Part shown: positions 19,488 through 27,233 of the stretch, piece by piece | Position numbering within the stretch: position 1 is the stretch's first letter | How the letters are laid out: every line of letters begins with the position of its first letter | Source of the DNA: Alphaproteobacteria bacterium | Lineage (GTDB): Bacteria > Pseudomonadota > Alphaproteobacteria > Geminicoccales > Geminicoccaceae | Direction: 5' to 3' | Length of the DNA stretch: 34,822 bases | Assembly: GCA_026982585.1 (NCBI GenBank) | Contig: JALSGW010000007.1 | Span: 1-34,822, forward strand | The notes under the pieces: generated by a model | What the model saw: the letters and a program-made list of their open reading frames with translations, nothing else | What the model was told of the DNA's origin: nothing | The model's database searches: none | Program-made: the position numbers and the translations under genes

Positions 19488-20921
19488 ATGCGTTTCGAGG
19501 AATACCGGCGCTTGGATGCGGTGGCCCTGGCGCAGCTGGTGCGCAAGCGGGAGGTGACGCCGCGGGAGCTCCTCGAGCTGGCGGTGGCGAGGGCCGAGGC
19601 GGTGCAGCCGCGGCTCAACATCATCAGCGTCTGGGACCTGGACCTCGCCGAACGGCTGCTGGAGCGCGCCCGGCCCGAGGCGCCCTTTTGGGGTGTGCCC
19701 TTCCTGGTCAAGGACCTGCACGGTCTGATCGAGGGCACCCGCTGCACCAACGGCAGCCGCCTGCTCGCTTCCTTCCAGGCACCCCACACCACGACCTTCC
19801 TCGCCCGGGTGCTGGAAGCGGGCTGGATCCCCTTCGCCAAGACCCTCACGCCGGAGTTCGGGCTCAATGTGGTGACGGAACCGGTGTCGCACGGCCCCTG
19901 CCGCAATCCCTGGGATCCCGCATACAGTCCCGGCGGATCCTCGGGCGGTGCCGCGGCGGCGGTGGCGGCGGGCGTGGTGCCGCTCGCCCATGCCACCGAC
20001 GGCGGCGGATCGATCCGCATTCCCGCCTCCCACACCGCCCTGCTCGGGCTCAAACCCTCGCGCGCCCGCACCCCCGCCGGCCCCGTCGTGGCGGAGGGCT
20101 GGAGCGGGCTTTCCACCGGCCTCGCGGTGGCGCGCAGCCTGCGCGACCTCGCGGCCTTCCTGGACGCTGTGCACGGACCGGAGACGGGCGCCTTCTACGC
20201 CTGTCCCCCGCCCGCCGGCCCGTTTCGGGCGGCGCTCGCCCGAAGCCTGCCGAGACAGCGCATCGCCCTCATGCTGGAGCCGCCCGCGGATGTGCCGGTG
20301 GCGGATTCCGTCAGGAATGCGGTGCTCGGCATCGCCCGGCTCCTCGAGCGCATGGGCCATACGGTGGAGCCGGCCGCCCCGGCCCTGGACGGCGAGCGTT
20401 TCGCGGAGGCCTTCTTCACCGTGGTCACGGCCAACGCCGCCCGGGACATCGCGCGTTTCGCTTCCATAGTCGGTCGGCCGCTCGGAGAGGAGGTGTTGGA
20501 GCGGGCGACGTTGATGATGGTGGAGAAGGGGCGCGCCACCGATGCGGTGACGTTTCTGGAGGCGTTGCACACGGTCCAGGCCAGCGCCCGGGCGATGGGC
20601 GAACTGTTCGAGCGTTACCAGCTGTTGCTCAGCCCGGTGTGTGCCGAGCCGCCGCCCGAGATCGGCTGGATCGACCAGAACGGCGCGGACGTGCGCGCCT
20701 ATCTGGAACGCACCCGGCCCTATGTGGCCTTCACGAGTCTGCACAACGCCTCGGGTTGTCCGTCCCTGAGCTTCCCCGCCGGCCGGGACGAGCGGGGGCT
20801 TCCCATCGGCGCCATGCTGACGGCCCCCTTCGGGCAGGAGGAGCGGCTGTTCCAGATCGCCGCCGAGCTCGACCTCGAGCTGGGCTTCGGGGACCGGCAG
20901 CCTCCCGATATCGGGTCCTGA
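19488..20921 (+). CDS. Amidase-signature (AS) family amidase
   Basis: The ATG at 19488 gives MRFEEYRRLDAVALAQLVRKREVTP. It has the catalytic Lys context PFLVKDL and the AS signature GGSSGGAAAAVAAGVVPLAHATDGGGSIRIPAS. Confidence 0.9.
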   Translation: MRFEEYRRLDAVALAQLVRKREVTPRELLELAVARAEAVQPRLNIISVWDLDLAERLLERARPEAPFWGVPFLVKDLHGLIEGTRCTNGSRLLASFQAPHTTTFLARVLEAGWIPFAKTLTPEFGLNVVTEPVSHGPCRNPWDPAYSPGGSSGGAAAAVAAGVVPLAHATDGGGSIRIPASHTALLGLKPSRARTPAGPVVAEGWSGLSTGLAVARSLRDLAAFLDAVHGPETGAFYACPPPAGPFRAALARSLPRQRIALMLEPPADVPVADSVRNAVLGIARLLERMGHTVEPAAPALDGERFAEAFFTVVTANAARDIARFASIVGRPLGEEVLERATLMMVEKGRATDAVTFLEALHTVQASARAMGELFERYQLLLSPVCAEPPPEIGWIDQNGADVRAYLERTRPYVAFTSLHNASGCPSLSFPAGRDERGLPIGAMLTAPFGQEERLFQIAAELDLELGFGDRQPPDIGS

Positions 20922-21004
20922 GCGCCCGAGCCACCAACCAACAACAGAGCCCGAGCGCTGCGGCATTGGCGCACACCGCTTCGGGTGCCATAAGCGGGAG
21001 GGGG

Positions 21005-21769
21005 ATGGAGGCGCACGAGGTGGCGGCTGACCGGGTCATCGTGGCGGCCAAGGAACGCGGTCCCGCCTATGCGGAGCGCCTCGGCCTGGATGCGGCCGAG
21101 GCGCGCTGTGTCGCGCGTTCGGCGTTGTTCTCGGGGCTCGAGGCGGAGGCGCTCGAGCTGCTCCTTGAAGAGGCCAGGGTGCGGCCGCTCGTCCGGGGCC
21201 AGCTGTTGTTCCTCCAGGGCGATCCGGCCGAGCACGTGTATGTGGTGCTCTCGGGTTGGATCCGGCTCTTCCGGATGGGTGCAGACGGTTCCCAGCTGAC
21301 CGTCCACATCCTGGGTCCGGGGGAGAGCTTCGCCGAGGCGGCGGTGTTCCGGATGGGACGGTATCCGGTCAGTGCCGAGGCGGTGGATTGCAGCCGGCTA
21401 TTGGAGGTACCGGCAGCCGCCCTGCTCGGATGCCTGCGCGAGCGGGTCGATCTGTGCTTCAACATGATGGCCGCCATGGCCGCCCGCCTGCACCGGTTCG
21501 TCGAGCAGCTGGAACAGCTCGCCACCCGTTCGGCGATGGAGCGGGTGGCCCTGTTCCTCTGCCGCCTTGCCGGCGAGCGCTCGGGCTCCTGCACCCTGCG
21601 CCTGCCTTTGGACAAGACATTGATCGCGGCGCGGCTCGGCATGCAGCCCGAGACTTTTTCCCGAGCGCTTGCCAAGCTGCGCCGGCACGGTGTTGCCACC
21701 CGGGGTGCCACCGTGATGATCGAGGATCTGGGGAGGCTTCGCGCCGTCGCGCGGTTTGGGGAGGACTGA
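21005..21769 (+). CDS. Crp/Fnr-family transcriptional regulator (FixK/Dnr-like: no FNR Cys cluster, no cAMP-binding Arg)
   Basis: The ATG at 21005 follows GGGAGGGGG. It has a cNMP-binding-like beta-roll (LFLQGDPAEHVYVVLSGWIRLF...GPGESFAEAAVF...YPVSAEA) and a C-terminal HTH with the E--SR recognition motif (MQPETFSRALAKLRRHGV). Confidence 0.88.
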   Translation: MEAHEVAADRVIVAAKERGPAYAERLGLDAAEARCVARSALFSGLEAEALELLLEEARVRPLVRGQLLFLQGDPAEHVYVVLSGWIRLFRMGADGSQLTVHILGPGESFAEAAVFRMGRYPVSAEAVDCSRLLEVPAAALLGCLRERVDLCFNMMAAMAARLHRFVEQLEQLATRSAMERVALFLCRLAGERSGSCTLRLPLDKTLIAARLGMQPETFSRALAKLRRHGVATRGATVMIEDLGRLRAVARFGED

Positions 21770-21771
21770 AC

Positions 21772-22701
21772 GTGGCCGCACGCAAGGTCATCATCACCTG
21801 CGCCGTCACCGGCTCCATCCACACGCCGAGCATGTCGCCGCATCTGCCGGTGACGCCCGAGGAAATCGCCGACGAGGCGGTGGCCGCCGCGGAGGCCGGC
21901 GCCGCGATCGTCCATCTGCACGCCCGCGATCCCGAGACCGGCCGGCCGGACCAGAGCCCCGAGGCGTTCGCCCGCTTCCTGCCGGTGATCAAGCAGCGCT
22001 CGGAGGTGGTGATCAACATCACCACCGGCGGCGCGCCCCACATGCGGGTGGAGGAGCGGGTGCGCCCGGCGGCGGTGTTCAAGCCGGAGGTGGCCTCTTT
22101 GAACATGGGATCGATGAACTTCGGTCTCTTTCCGATGCTGCGGCGCTATCGCACCTTCCGCCACGAGTGGGAGCGGCAGCATCTCGAAGGCTCGCGGGAT
22201 CTGGTGTTCCGCAACACCTACCGGGACATCGAATACATCCTCAAGACCTGCAAGGACGCCGGCACCCGCTTCGAGTTCGAATGCTATGACATCGGACATC
22301 TCTACAATCTCGCCCACTTCCTCGACCGGGGGCTGGTCGAGCCGCCCCTGTTCGTGCAGTCGGTGTTCGGCATCCTGGGCGGCATCGGCCCGCATCCCGA
22401 GGACGTGCTGCACATGAAGCGCACCGCGGACCGGCTGTTCGGCGACGCCTACCGCTGGTCGGTGCTGGGCGCGGGCCGGCATCAGATGGCGGTGGCCGCC
22501 ATCGCCCTCACCCTCGGCGGAAACGTGCGGGTCGGCCTCGAGGACAGCCTCTGGGACGGCCCAGGGCGGCTCGCCAAAAGCAACGCCGATCAGGTGCGGC
22601 GGGTGCGTCGGATCATCGAGGCGCTGGGGTTCCAGGTGGCGACGCCGGCGGAGGCGCGCGAGATGCTGGCGCTCAAGGGCGGCGATCGGGTGGCCTTTTG
22701 A
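21772..22701 (+). CDS. Beta-keto acid cleavage enzyme family protein (BKACE/DUF849, 3-keto-5-aminohexanoate cleavage enzyme-like)
   Basis: The GTG at 21772 lies 2 nt after the regulator stop, with GGGGAGGA upstream. Motifs present are VIITCAVTGSIHTP, the His-x-His motif in AAIVHLHARDPETG, INITTGG and NVRVGLEDSLW, as in the Kce family. Confidence 0.85.
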   Translation: MAARKVIITCAVTGSIHTPSMSPHLPVTPEEIADEAVAAAEAGAAIVHLHARDPETGRPDQSPEAFARFLPVIKQRSEVVINITTGGAPHMRVEERVRPAAVFKPEVASLNMGSMNFGLFPMLRRYRTFRHEWERQHLEGSRDLVFRNTYRDIEYILKTCKDAGTRFEFECYDIGHLYNLAHFLDRGLVEPPLFVQSVFGILGGIGPHPEDVLHMKRTADRLFGDAYRWSVLGAGRHQMAVAAIALTLGGNVRVGLEDSLWDGPGRLAKSNADQVRRVRRIIEALGFQVATPAEAREMLALKGGDRVAF

Positions 22702-23627
22702 GGTTCGAGGACACGCCCTCCAAGGCGTCCCCGGCCGGGGCGGGCCGCCACCGGCGGCTCAGCACACCCGAGGCACGGCCCGTGCTCGGCATGGGCCTGA
22801 TGGTGCTGTCGGTGGGGCTGCTCACGGCGATGGACGGCACCGGCAAGTATCTCGTCCAGGACTATCCGCTCGGCCAGGTGGTCTGGGCGCGCTATGCCTT
22901 CAATCTGCTCGCCCTCCTGCCCCTCGCCCTGCTCGGCCGACGCCCGGTCTGGCAAACCCGGGCGGCGGGCTGGCAGTGGATCCGGGCGCTGTGCATGATC
23001 CTTGCCACCTGGACCATGTTCCTCTCGCTCAAATGGTTGCCGATGGCGGAGACCTACGCCATCGCCTTCCTCTCCCCGCTGCTCGTGGCGTTGCTCGCGG
23101 GTCCGGTGCTGGGCGAGAGGGTCGGCTGGGCGCGCTGGCTCGCCGCCTTTTTCGGTTTCCTGGGGGTGGTGGTGGTGCTGCGGCCGGGAAGCGGCATGTT
23201 CGGAGCCGTCGCCCTGGCGCCGCTCGCCATGGCCCTGAGCTTCGCCCTCTATCAGCTCGCGACCCGGGCGCTGGGCGGCCGCGACCATGCCACCACCACC
23301 ATGTTCTATTCGGCGGCGGTCGGAACCCTGTTCACCACGCCGGTGTTGTGGTGGCAGTGGCGCGAGCCGGATCCGTTCGGCTGGCTGTTGATGCTGGCGA
23401 TGGGCGTGCTCGGGCTGCTCGCGCAGCTGGCCATGATCCAGGCCTTCGCGCTCGGACCGGCATCCCTGATCTCGCCGTTCCTCTACAGCCAGATCGTCTG
23501 GGCGAGTTTGTTCGGCTATCTGGTGTTCGGGGACCTGCCCGATCTCATGACCCTGGTCGGCGCTGCGGTGGTGGTGGCGAGCGGCTTGTGGCTGTGGCGG
23601 GTCGAGGCCAAGGGGAAGAGCGGCTGA
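22698..23627 (+). CDS. DMT-superfamily (EamA-type) permease
   Basis: The protein has about 10 predicted TM segments in two EamA-like halves. The TTG at 22698 overlaps the BKACE stop (TTGA). The ATG at 22788 is an alternative start, so the N-terminus is uncertain. Confidence 0.8.
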   Translation: MRFEDTPSKASPAGAGRHRRLSTPEARPVLGMGLMVLSVGLLTAMDGTGKYLVQDYPLGQVVWARYAFNLLALLPLALLGRRPVWQTRAAGWQWIRALCMILATWTMFLSLKWLPMAETYAIAFLSPLLVALLAGPVLGERVGWARWLAAFFGFLGVVVVLRPGSGMFGAVALAPLAMALSFALYQLATRALGGRDHATTTMFYSAAVGTLFTTPVLWWQWREPDPFGWLLMLAMGVLGLLAQLAMIQAFALGPASLISPFLYSQIVWASLFGYLVFGDLPDLMTLVGAAVVVASGLWLWRVEAKGKSG

Positions 23628-23640
23628 GCGGCGCTCAGCC
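23622..23640. other. Hairpin-forming inverted repeat spanning two convergent stop codons
   Basis: GGCTGAGC-GGC-GCTCAGCC forms an 8-bp stem. The TGA of the DMT gene (23625-23627) and the TGA (TCA on +) of mazG (23635-23637) sit in opposite arms. There is no U-tract. Confidence 0.5.
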
Positions 23641-24435
23641 CGTGCTGTTGGATCGCTCCGTTTCCCGCTGCTTCGCCATCTGCCAGAGCGATTCGAGCTC
23701 CTGGGCGTCCATGGCCGACAGCGTCCTGCCGCGCGCCCGGGCCAGCTCCTCCATGGTCCGAAAGCGTCGCTCGAACCTGCGGTTGGCATCCCGCAGCGCG
23801 TCCTCGGCATCGCACGCAAGCCAGCGGGCGAGATTGACGAGGCTGAACAACAGGTCGCCCAACTCCCGCTGCGCGGCCGATCGGTCTTCCTGCGCGATCG
23901 CCCGTCTGAGCTCGCCCAGTTCCTCCTCCACCTTGGCCAGCACGCCAGCGGTGTCCGGCCAGTCGAATCCCGCCCGCGCCGCCCGCTCCTGGAGCTTGCG
24001 CGCCCGCAAGAGAGCCGGCACCGCCTGCGGCAGGCCGTCGAGAAGGCTCGGCGTGCCCCCCTGCTCTTGGGCCTTGAGCTCCTCCCAATGGCGTCGCTGT
24101 TCCCCGGCGTCGGCGATGCGACGATCGCCGAACACATGGGGATGGCGGCGCACCATCTTGTCGCTCACCGCCTCCGCCACCTCCCGGAAGTCGAACCAGC
24201 CCCGTTCCTCGGCCATCTGGCTGTGGTAGACCACCTGGAGGAGGAGGTCGCCGAGCTCCTCCTTGAGGGCGGCGGGATCCTCCCGGGCGATGGCGTCCGC
24301 CACCTCATAGGCCTCCTCGATGGTGTAGGGGGCGATGCTGTGGAAGTCCTGCTCGAGGTCCCAGGGGCAGCCGCCGTCGGGATCGCGCAGCCGGCGCATG
24401 ATCGCGAGCAGACGCCCAATAGCGCTCTCGGCCAT
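23635..24435 (-). CDS. mazG: Nucleoside triphosphate pyrophosphohydrolase MazG
   Basis: The start is the internal ATG at 24435. It has two MazG repeats: CPWDLEQDFHSIAPYTIEEAYEVADAI...ELGDLLLQVV and VEEELGELRRAI...ELGDLLFSLVNLAR. Confidence 0.92.
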   Translation of the reverse strand: MAESAIGRLLAIMRRLRDPDGGCPWDLEQDFHSIAPYTIEEAYEVADAIAREDPAALKEELGDLLLQVVYHSQMAEERGWFDFREVAEAVSDKMVRRHPHVFGDRRIADAGEQRRHWEELKAQEQGGTPSLLDGLPQAVPALLRARKLQERAARAGFDWPDTAGVLAKVEEELGELRRAIAQEDRSAAQRELGDLLFSLVNLARWLACDAEDALRDANRRFERRFRTMEELARARGRTLSAMDAQELESLWQMAKQRETERSNSTG

Positions 24436-24449
24436 GGTCTCGCTCCGCT

Positions 24450-25925
24450 TCACTCGAAGAGCCCCGGCTGCGATTCGGCCTCCGGCCGGCGGGCTTTGCG
24501 GGGGTCGATGCGCTGCACCGCGAGACGCCCGTCGGCGAATTCGATCTCGAGCCGGCGCGCCCCATCCAGGGCAGCCAGTCGCGGCACGATCCCTCCGCCC
24601 GGCCGGCGCACCAGCGCGTAGCCGCGCTCGAGCACCCGCCGGTGGGAGAGCGCCTCGAGCTGGCGGCCGAGATGGTCGAGCGCCTGCTGCCGCCGTTCCC
24701 ACAGGCCGCGGAAGGCGGCGCGGAGGCGCAGGGTTTCGCGCCCGAGCTCGCGCTCTGCAAGCCGCAGGCGCTCCCGCAGGGGCGCGGGCGTAAGCCGAAG
24801 CGCGATACCCTCAAGACGCGTGCCCTCCCGCTGCAGCCTCTGGGCGGTGAGCTCCACGAGCCGCATCGCCAGGCGCCGCAGCTCGGCCTGCTGTTCGCGC
24901 ATCCTGCGCTTTGGGCTCTGCAACAGAAGGCGTTCGGCGAGGTCGTCCAGCCGCTGGGCGGCATGGCCCAGGAGCAGATGCGGATCGGGAAGCCCGCGGG
25001 CGAGCCCCACGAGCCGTTCGCGGGTGCGATCGAGGAGTCCGAAGACGGCGCGGTCGAGCCGCTCGCCCAGGCTGTGCAGCCCGGCGAGCAGCTCGGCCCG
25101 CACCGGCACCGCCATCTCGGCGGCCGCGGTGGGCGTCGGGGCGCGGCGGTCGGCGGCATGGTCGATGAGGGTGACGTCGGTCTCGTGGCCGACCGCCGAG
25201 ATGAGCGGGATTTCGGAGGCGGCGGCGGCGCGCACCACCACCTCCTCGTTGAAGGGCCAGAGGTCCTCGATGGAACCGCCGCCGCGGGCGACGATCACCA
25301 CGTCCGGACGGGGCACCGGGCCGCCCTCGGGCAGGGCGGAGAAACCGGCGATGGCCGCCGCGATCTGCTCCGCTGCCCCCTCCCCCTGCACCAGCACCGG
25401 CCACAACAGAACCCGCCTCGGAAAGCGTTCGCCGAGGCGATGGAGGATGTCGCGGATCACCGCCCCGCTCGGCGAGGTGACCACCCCGATCACCTCCGGC
25501 AGAAACGGCAGCGGTCGCTTGCGGGCGGGATCGAACAGGCCCTCCGCGGCGAGGCGCCTGCGGCGCTCCTCGAGCAGCAGCATGAGGGCGCCGAGCCCGG
25601 CCGGCTCCAGCGCCTCGACCACGAGCTGGTACTTGGAGCGCGGCGCGTAGGTGGTGATGCGCCCCACCGCCACCACCTCGAGCCCGTCCTCGAGCGCGAT
25701 CCGGAGGCCGGCGGCGGTACCCCGCCACAGCACCGCATCCAACACCGCCCCCTCGTCCTTGAGGGCGAAATAGCAATGCCCGGAGTTGGCCCGCCTGAGG
25801 CCGGAGATCTCGCCTCTGACCCGCACCCGGCCGAAGGCGTCCTCGACGGTGCGCTTGAGCGCCGCCGCGAGCTCGGAGACGGTGAAATCGAACAGATTGT
25901 CCTGGAGATGCGGGATCTCGCTCAT
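24450..25925 (-). CDS. xseA: Exodeoxyribonuclease VII large subunit
   Basis: The N-terminal OB fold (FTVSELAAALKRTVEDAFGRVRVRGEISGLRRANSGHCYFALKD), the catalytic core (VVIVARGGGSIEDLWPFNEE...ISAVGHETDVTL) and a long coiled-coil tail are all present. ATG at 25925 is preferred; TTG at 25934 is an alternative. Confidence 0.92.
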   Translation of the reverse strand: MSEIPHLQDNLFDFTVSELAAALKRTVEDAFGRVRVRGEISGLRRANSGHCYFALKDEGAVLDAVLWRGTAAGLRIALEDGLEVVAVGRITTYAPRSKYQLVVEALEPAGLGALMLLLEERRRRLAAEGLFDPARKRPLPFLPEVIGVVTSPSGAVIRDILHRLGERFPRRVLLWPVLVQGEGAAEQIAAAIAGFSALPEGGPVPRPDVVIVARGGGSIEDLWPFNEEVVVRAAAASEIPLISAVGHETDVTLIDHAADRRAPTPTAAAEMAVPVRAELLAGLHSLGERLDRAVFGLLDRTRERLVGLARGLPDPHLLLGHAAQRLDDLAERLLLQSPKRRMREQQAELRRLAMRLVELTAQRLQREGTRLEGIALRLTPAPLRERLRLAERELGRETLRLRAAFRGLWERRQQALDHLGRQLEALSHRRVLERGYALVRRPGGGIVPRLAALDGARRLEIEFADGRLAVQRIDPRKARRPEAESQPGLFE

Positions 25926-26084
25926 GGGCGCCAAGCTAGGGCAGCGGGCGCGCGGGGAAAAGGTGGCGCGGTCCGGCCACGGCGGTTCCGGAACCGGCTT
26001 CCTACTGTCTGCCCGCTCTCGCCACGGGCGCCAAAGGGGCGTATAGGAAGGCCGCGTTCATCGGCGCATCAGGGAGGTATCGTC

Positions 26085-27143
26085 ATGAGCAACGCGATTC
26101 GGACGACGCTCGCCGCGGCGCTGATCGCCGGGCTCGGCGGCGCGGCCTACGCCCAGTGCGCGCCCGACAACTGGCAGGCCTGCGAGGGCAAGCCCTGGGT
26201 GGCGGGCAAGGCGGAGACCCCGATCGGCGAGCGGTGGTGGCCGCATCCGATGTGGGGCGAGGGGGATGAGGCCGGCGCCACCAACTGGTATGCGAAGCCG
26301 GAGGTGGTGCTCAGGGCCCTCGCCGAGGCGGACCGGGGCAAGGTCTACCGGCTCGGCCGCGTCTATGAGGCGGGCATGCCGCTGTTCGGCAACCGCAGCT
26401 TCTCGCTGCGCATCCCCGGCACGCCCACGGGCGGCCCCTTCGGCGCCAATCGCATCATCTGGCACGACGAGTTCCTGAGCACCGAGATCGGCCAGGTGGG
26501 CACCCAGTTCGACGGCCTCGGCCACATCGGCGTCATGGCCGGCGGCGAGGGCGACAAGGACCAGATGTTCTACTACAACGGCTTCACCGAGACCGAGGTG
26601 GGCAGCGCCTACGGCCTCCAGCGCCTGGGCACCGAGAAGCTGCTGCCGATCGTCGCCCGCGGCGTGCTCCTGGACATCGCCGGCGCCAAGGGGGTGGAGA
26701 TGCTCGAGGCCGGCTATGAGATCACCATGGCGGACGTGCGCGCCGCCCTCGAGCGGCAGGGGATGGCCGACTTCCAGTTCCAGCCCGGTGATGCGGTGAT
26801 CTTCCACACCGGCTGGGGCAAGCTGTGGATGAAGGACAACGACAAGTTCAACTCCGGCGCTCCGGGAATCGGCGTTGAGGTGGCCAACTGGCTGGTCGAG
26901 GAGGTACAGGCGGGCGTTGCCGGGGCGGACACCTGGCCGCTCGAGGCGGTGCCCAATCCGGATCCCAACTGCGCCTTCTGCGTCCACCAGATCCTCATCA
27001 CCCGGGCCGGCATCCCCATCCAGGAGAACATGTATCTGGACGAGCTGGTGAACGACGAGGTGTGGGTGTTCACCTACGTCTATTCGCCGGTGCCGATCAA
27101 AGGGGCGACCGGCTCGATCGGCGCGCCGATCGCCATCGACTGA
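26085..27143 (+). CDS. Secreted cyclase-family protein (kynurenine formamidase-like fold) with a non-canonical metal motif
   Basis: The ATG at 26085 follows AGGGAGG. A signal peptide is present (MSNAIRTTLAAALIAGLGGAAYA|QC). The cyclase-family core reads QVGTQFDGLGH where the family consensus is HxGTHxDxPxH. Also present are GDAVIFHTGW and the C-terminal IQENMYLDEL. Confidence 0.7.
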   Translation: MSNAIRTTLAAALIAGLGGAAYAQCAPDNWQACEGKPWVAGKAETPIGERWWPHPMWGEGDEAGATNWYAKPEVVLRALAEADRGKVYRLGRVYEAGMPLFGNRSFSLRIPGTPTGGPFGANRIIWHDEFLSTEIGQVGTQFDGLGHIGVMAGGEGDKDQMFYYNGFTETEVGSAYGLQRLGTEKLLPIVARGVLLDIAGAKGVEMLEAGYEITMADVRAALERQGMADFQFQPGDAVIFHTGWGKLWMKDNDKFNSGAPGIGVEVANWLVEEVQAGVAGADTWPLEAVPNPDPNCAFCVHQILITRAGIPIQENMYLDELVNDEVWVFTYVYSPVPIKGATGSIGAPIAID

Positions 27144-27166
27144 GGGATGGCGCGAAGGTGAAGGCG

Positions 27167-27201
27167 CGGGGCGGCCCGCACGGGTCGCCCCGGCCCTTTA
27201 T
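27167..27201 (+). terminator. Candidate intrinsic terminator downstream of the cyclase-family gene
   Basis: The span 27167-27192 (CGGGGCGGCCCGCACGGGTCGCCCCG) folds as an 11-bp stem (one G.U pair) with a 4-nt loop. It is followed by GCCCTTTAT, a weak U-tract. Confidence 0.45.
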
Positions 27202-27233
27202 CCGCACCCCGCATCGCCCTAGCTTGGCTGGCC

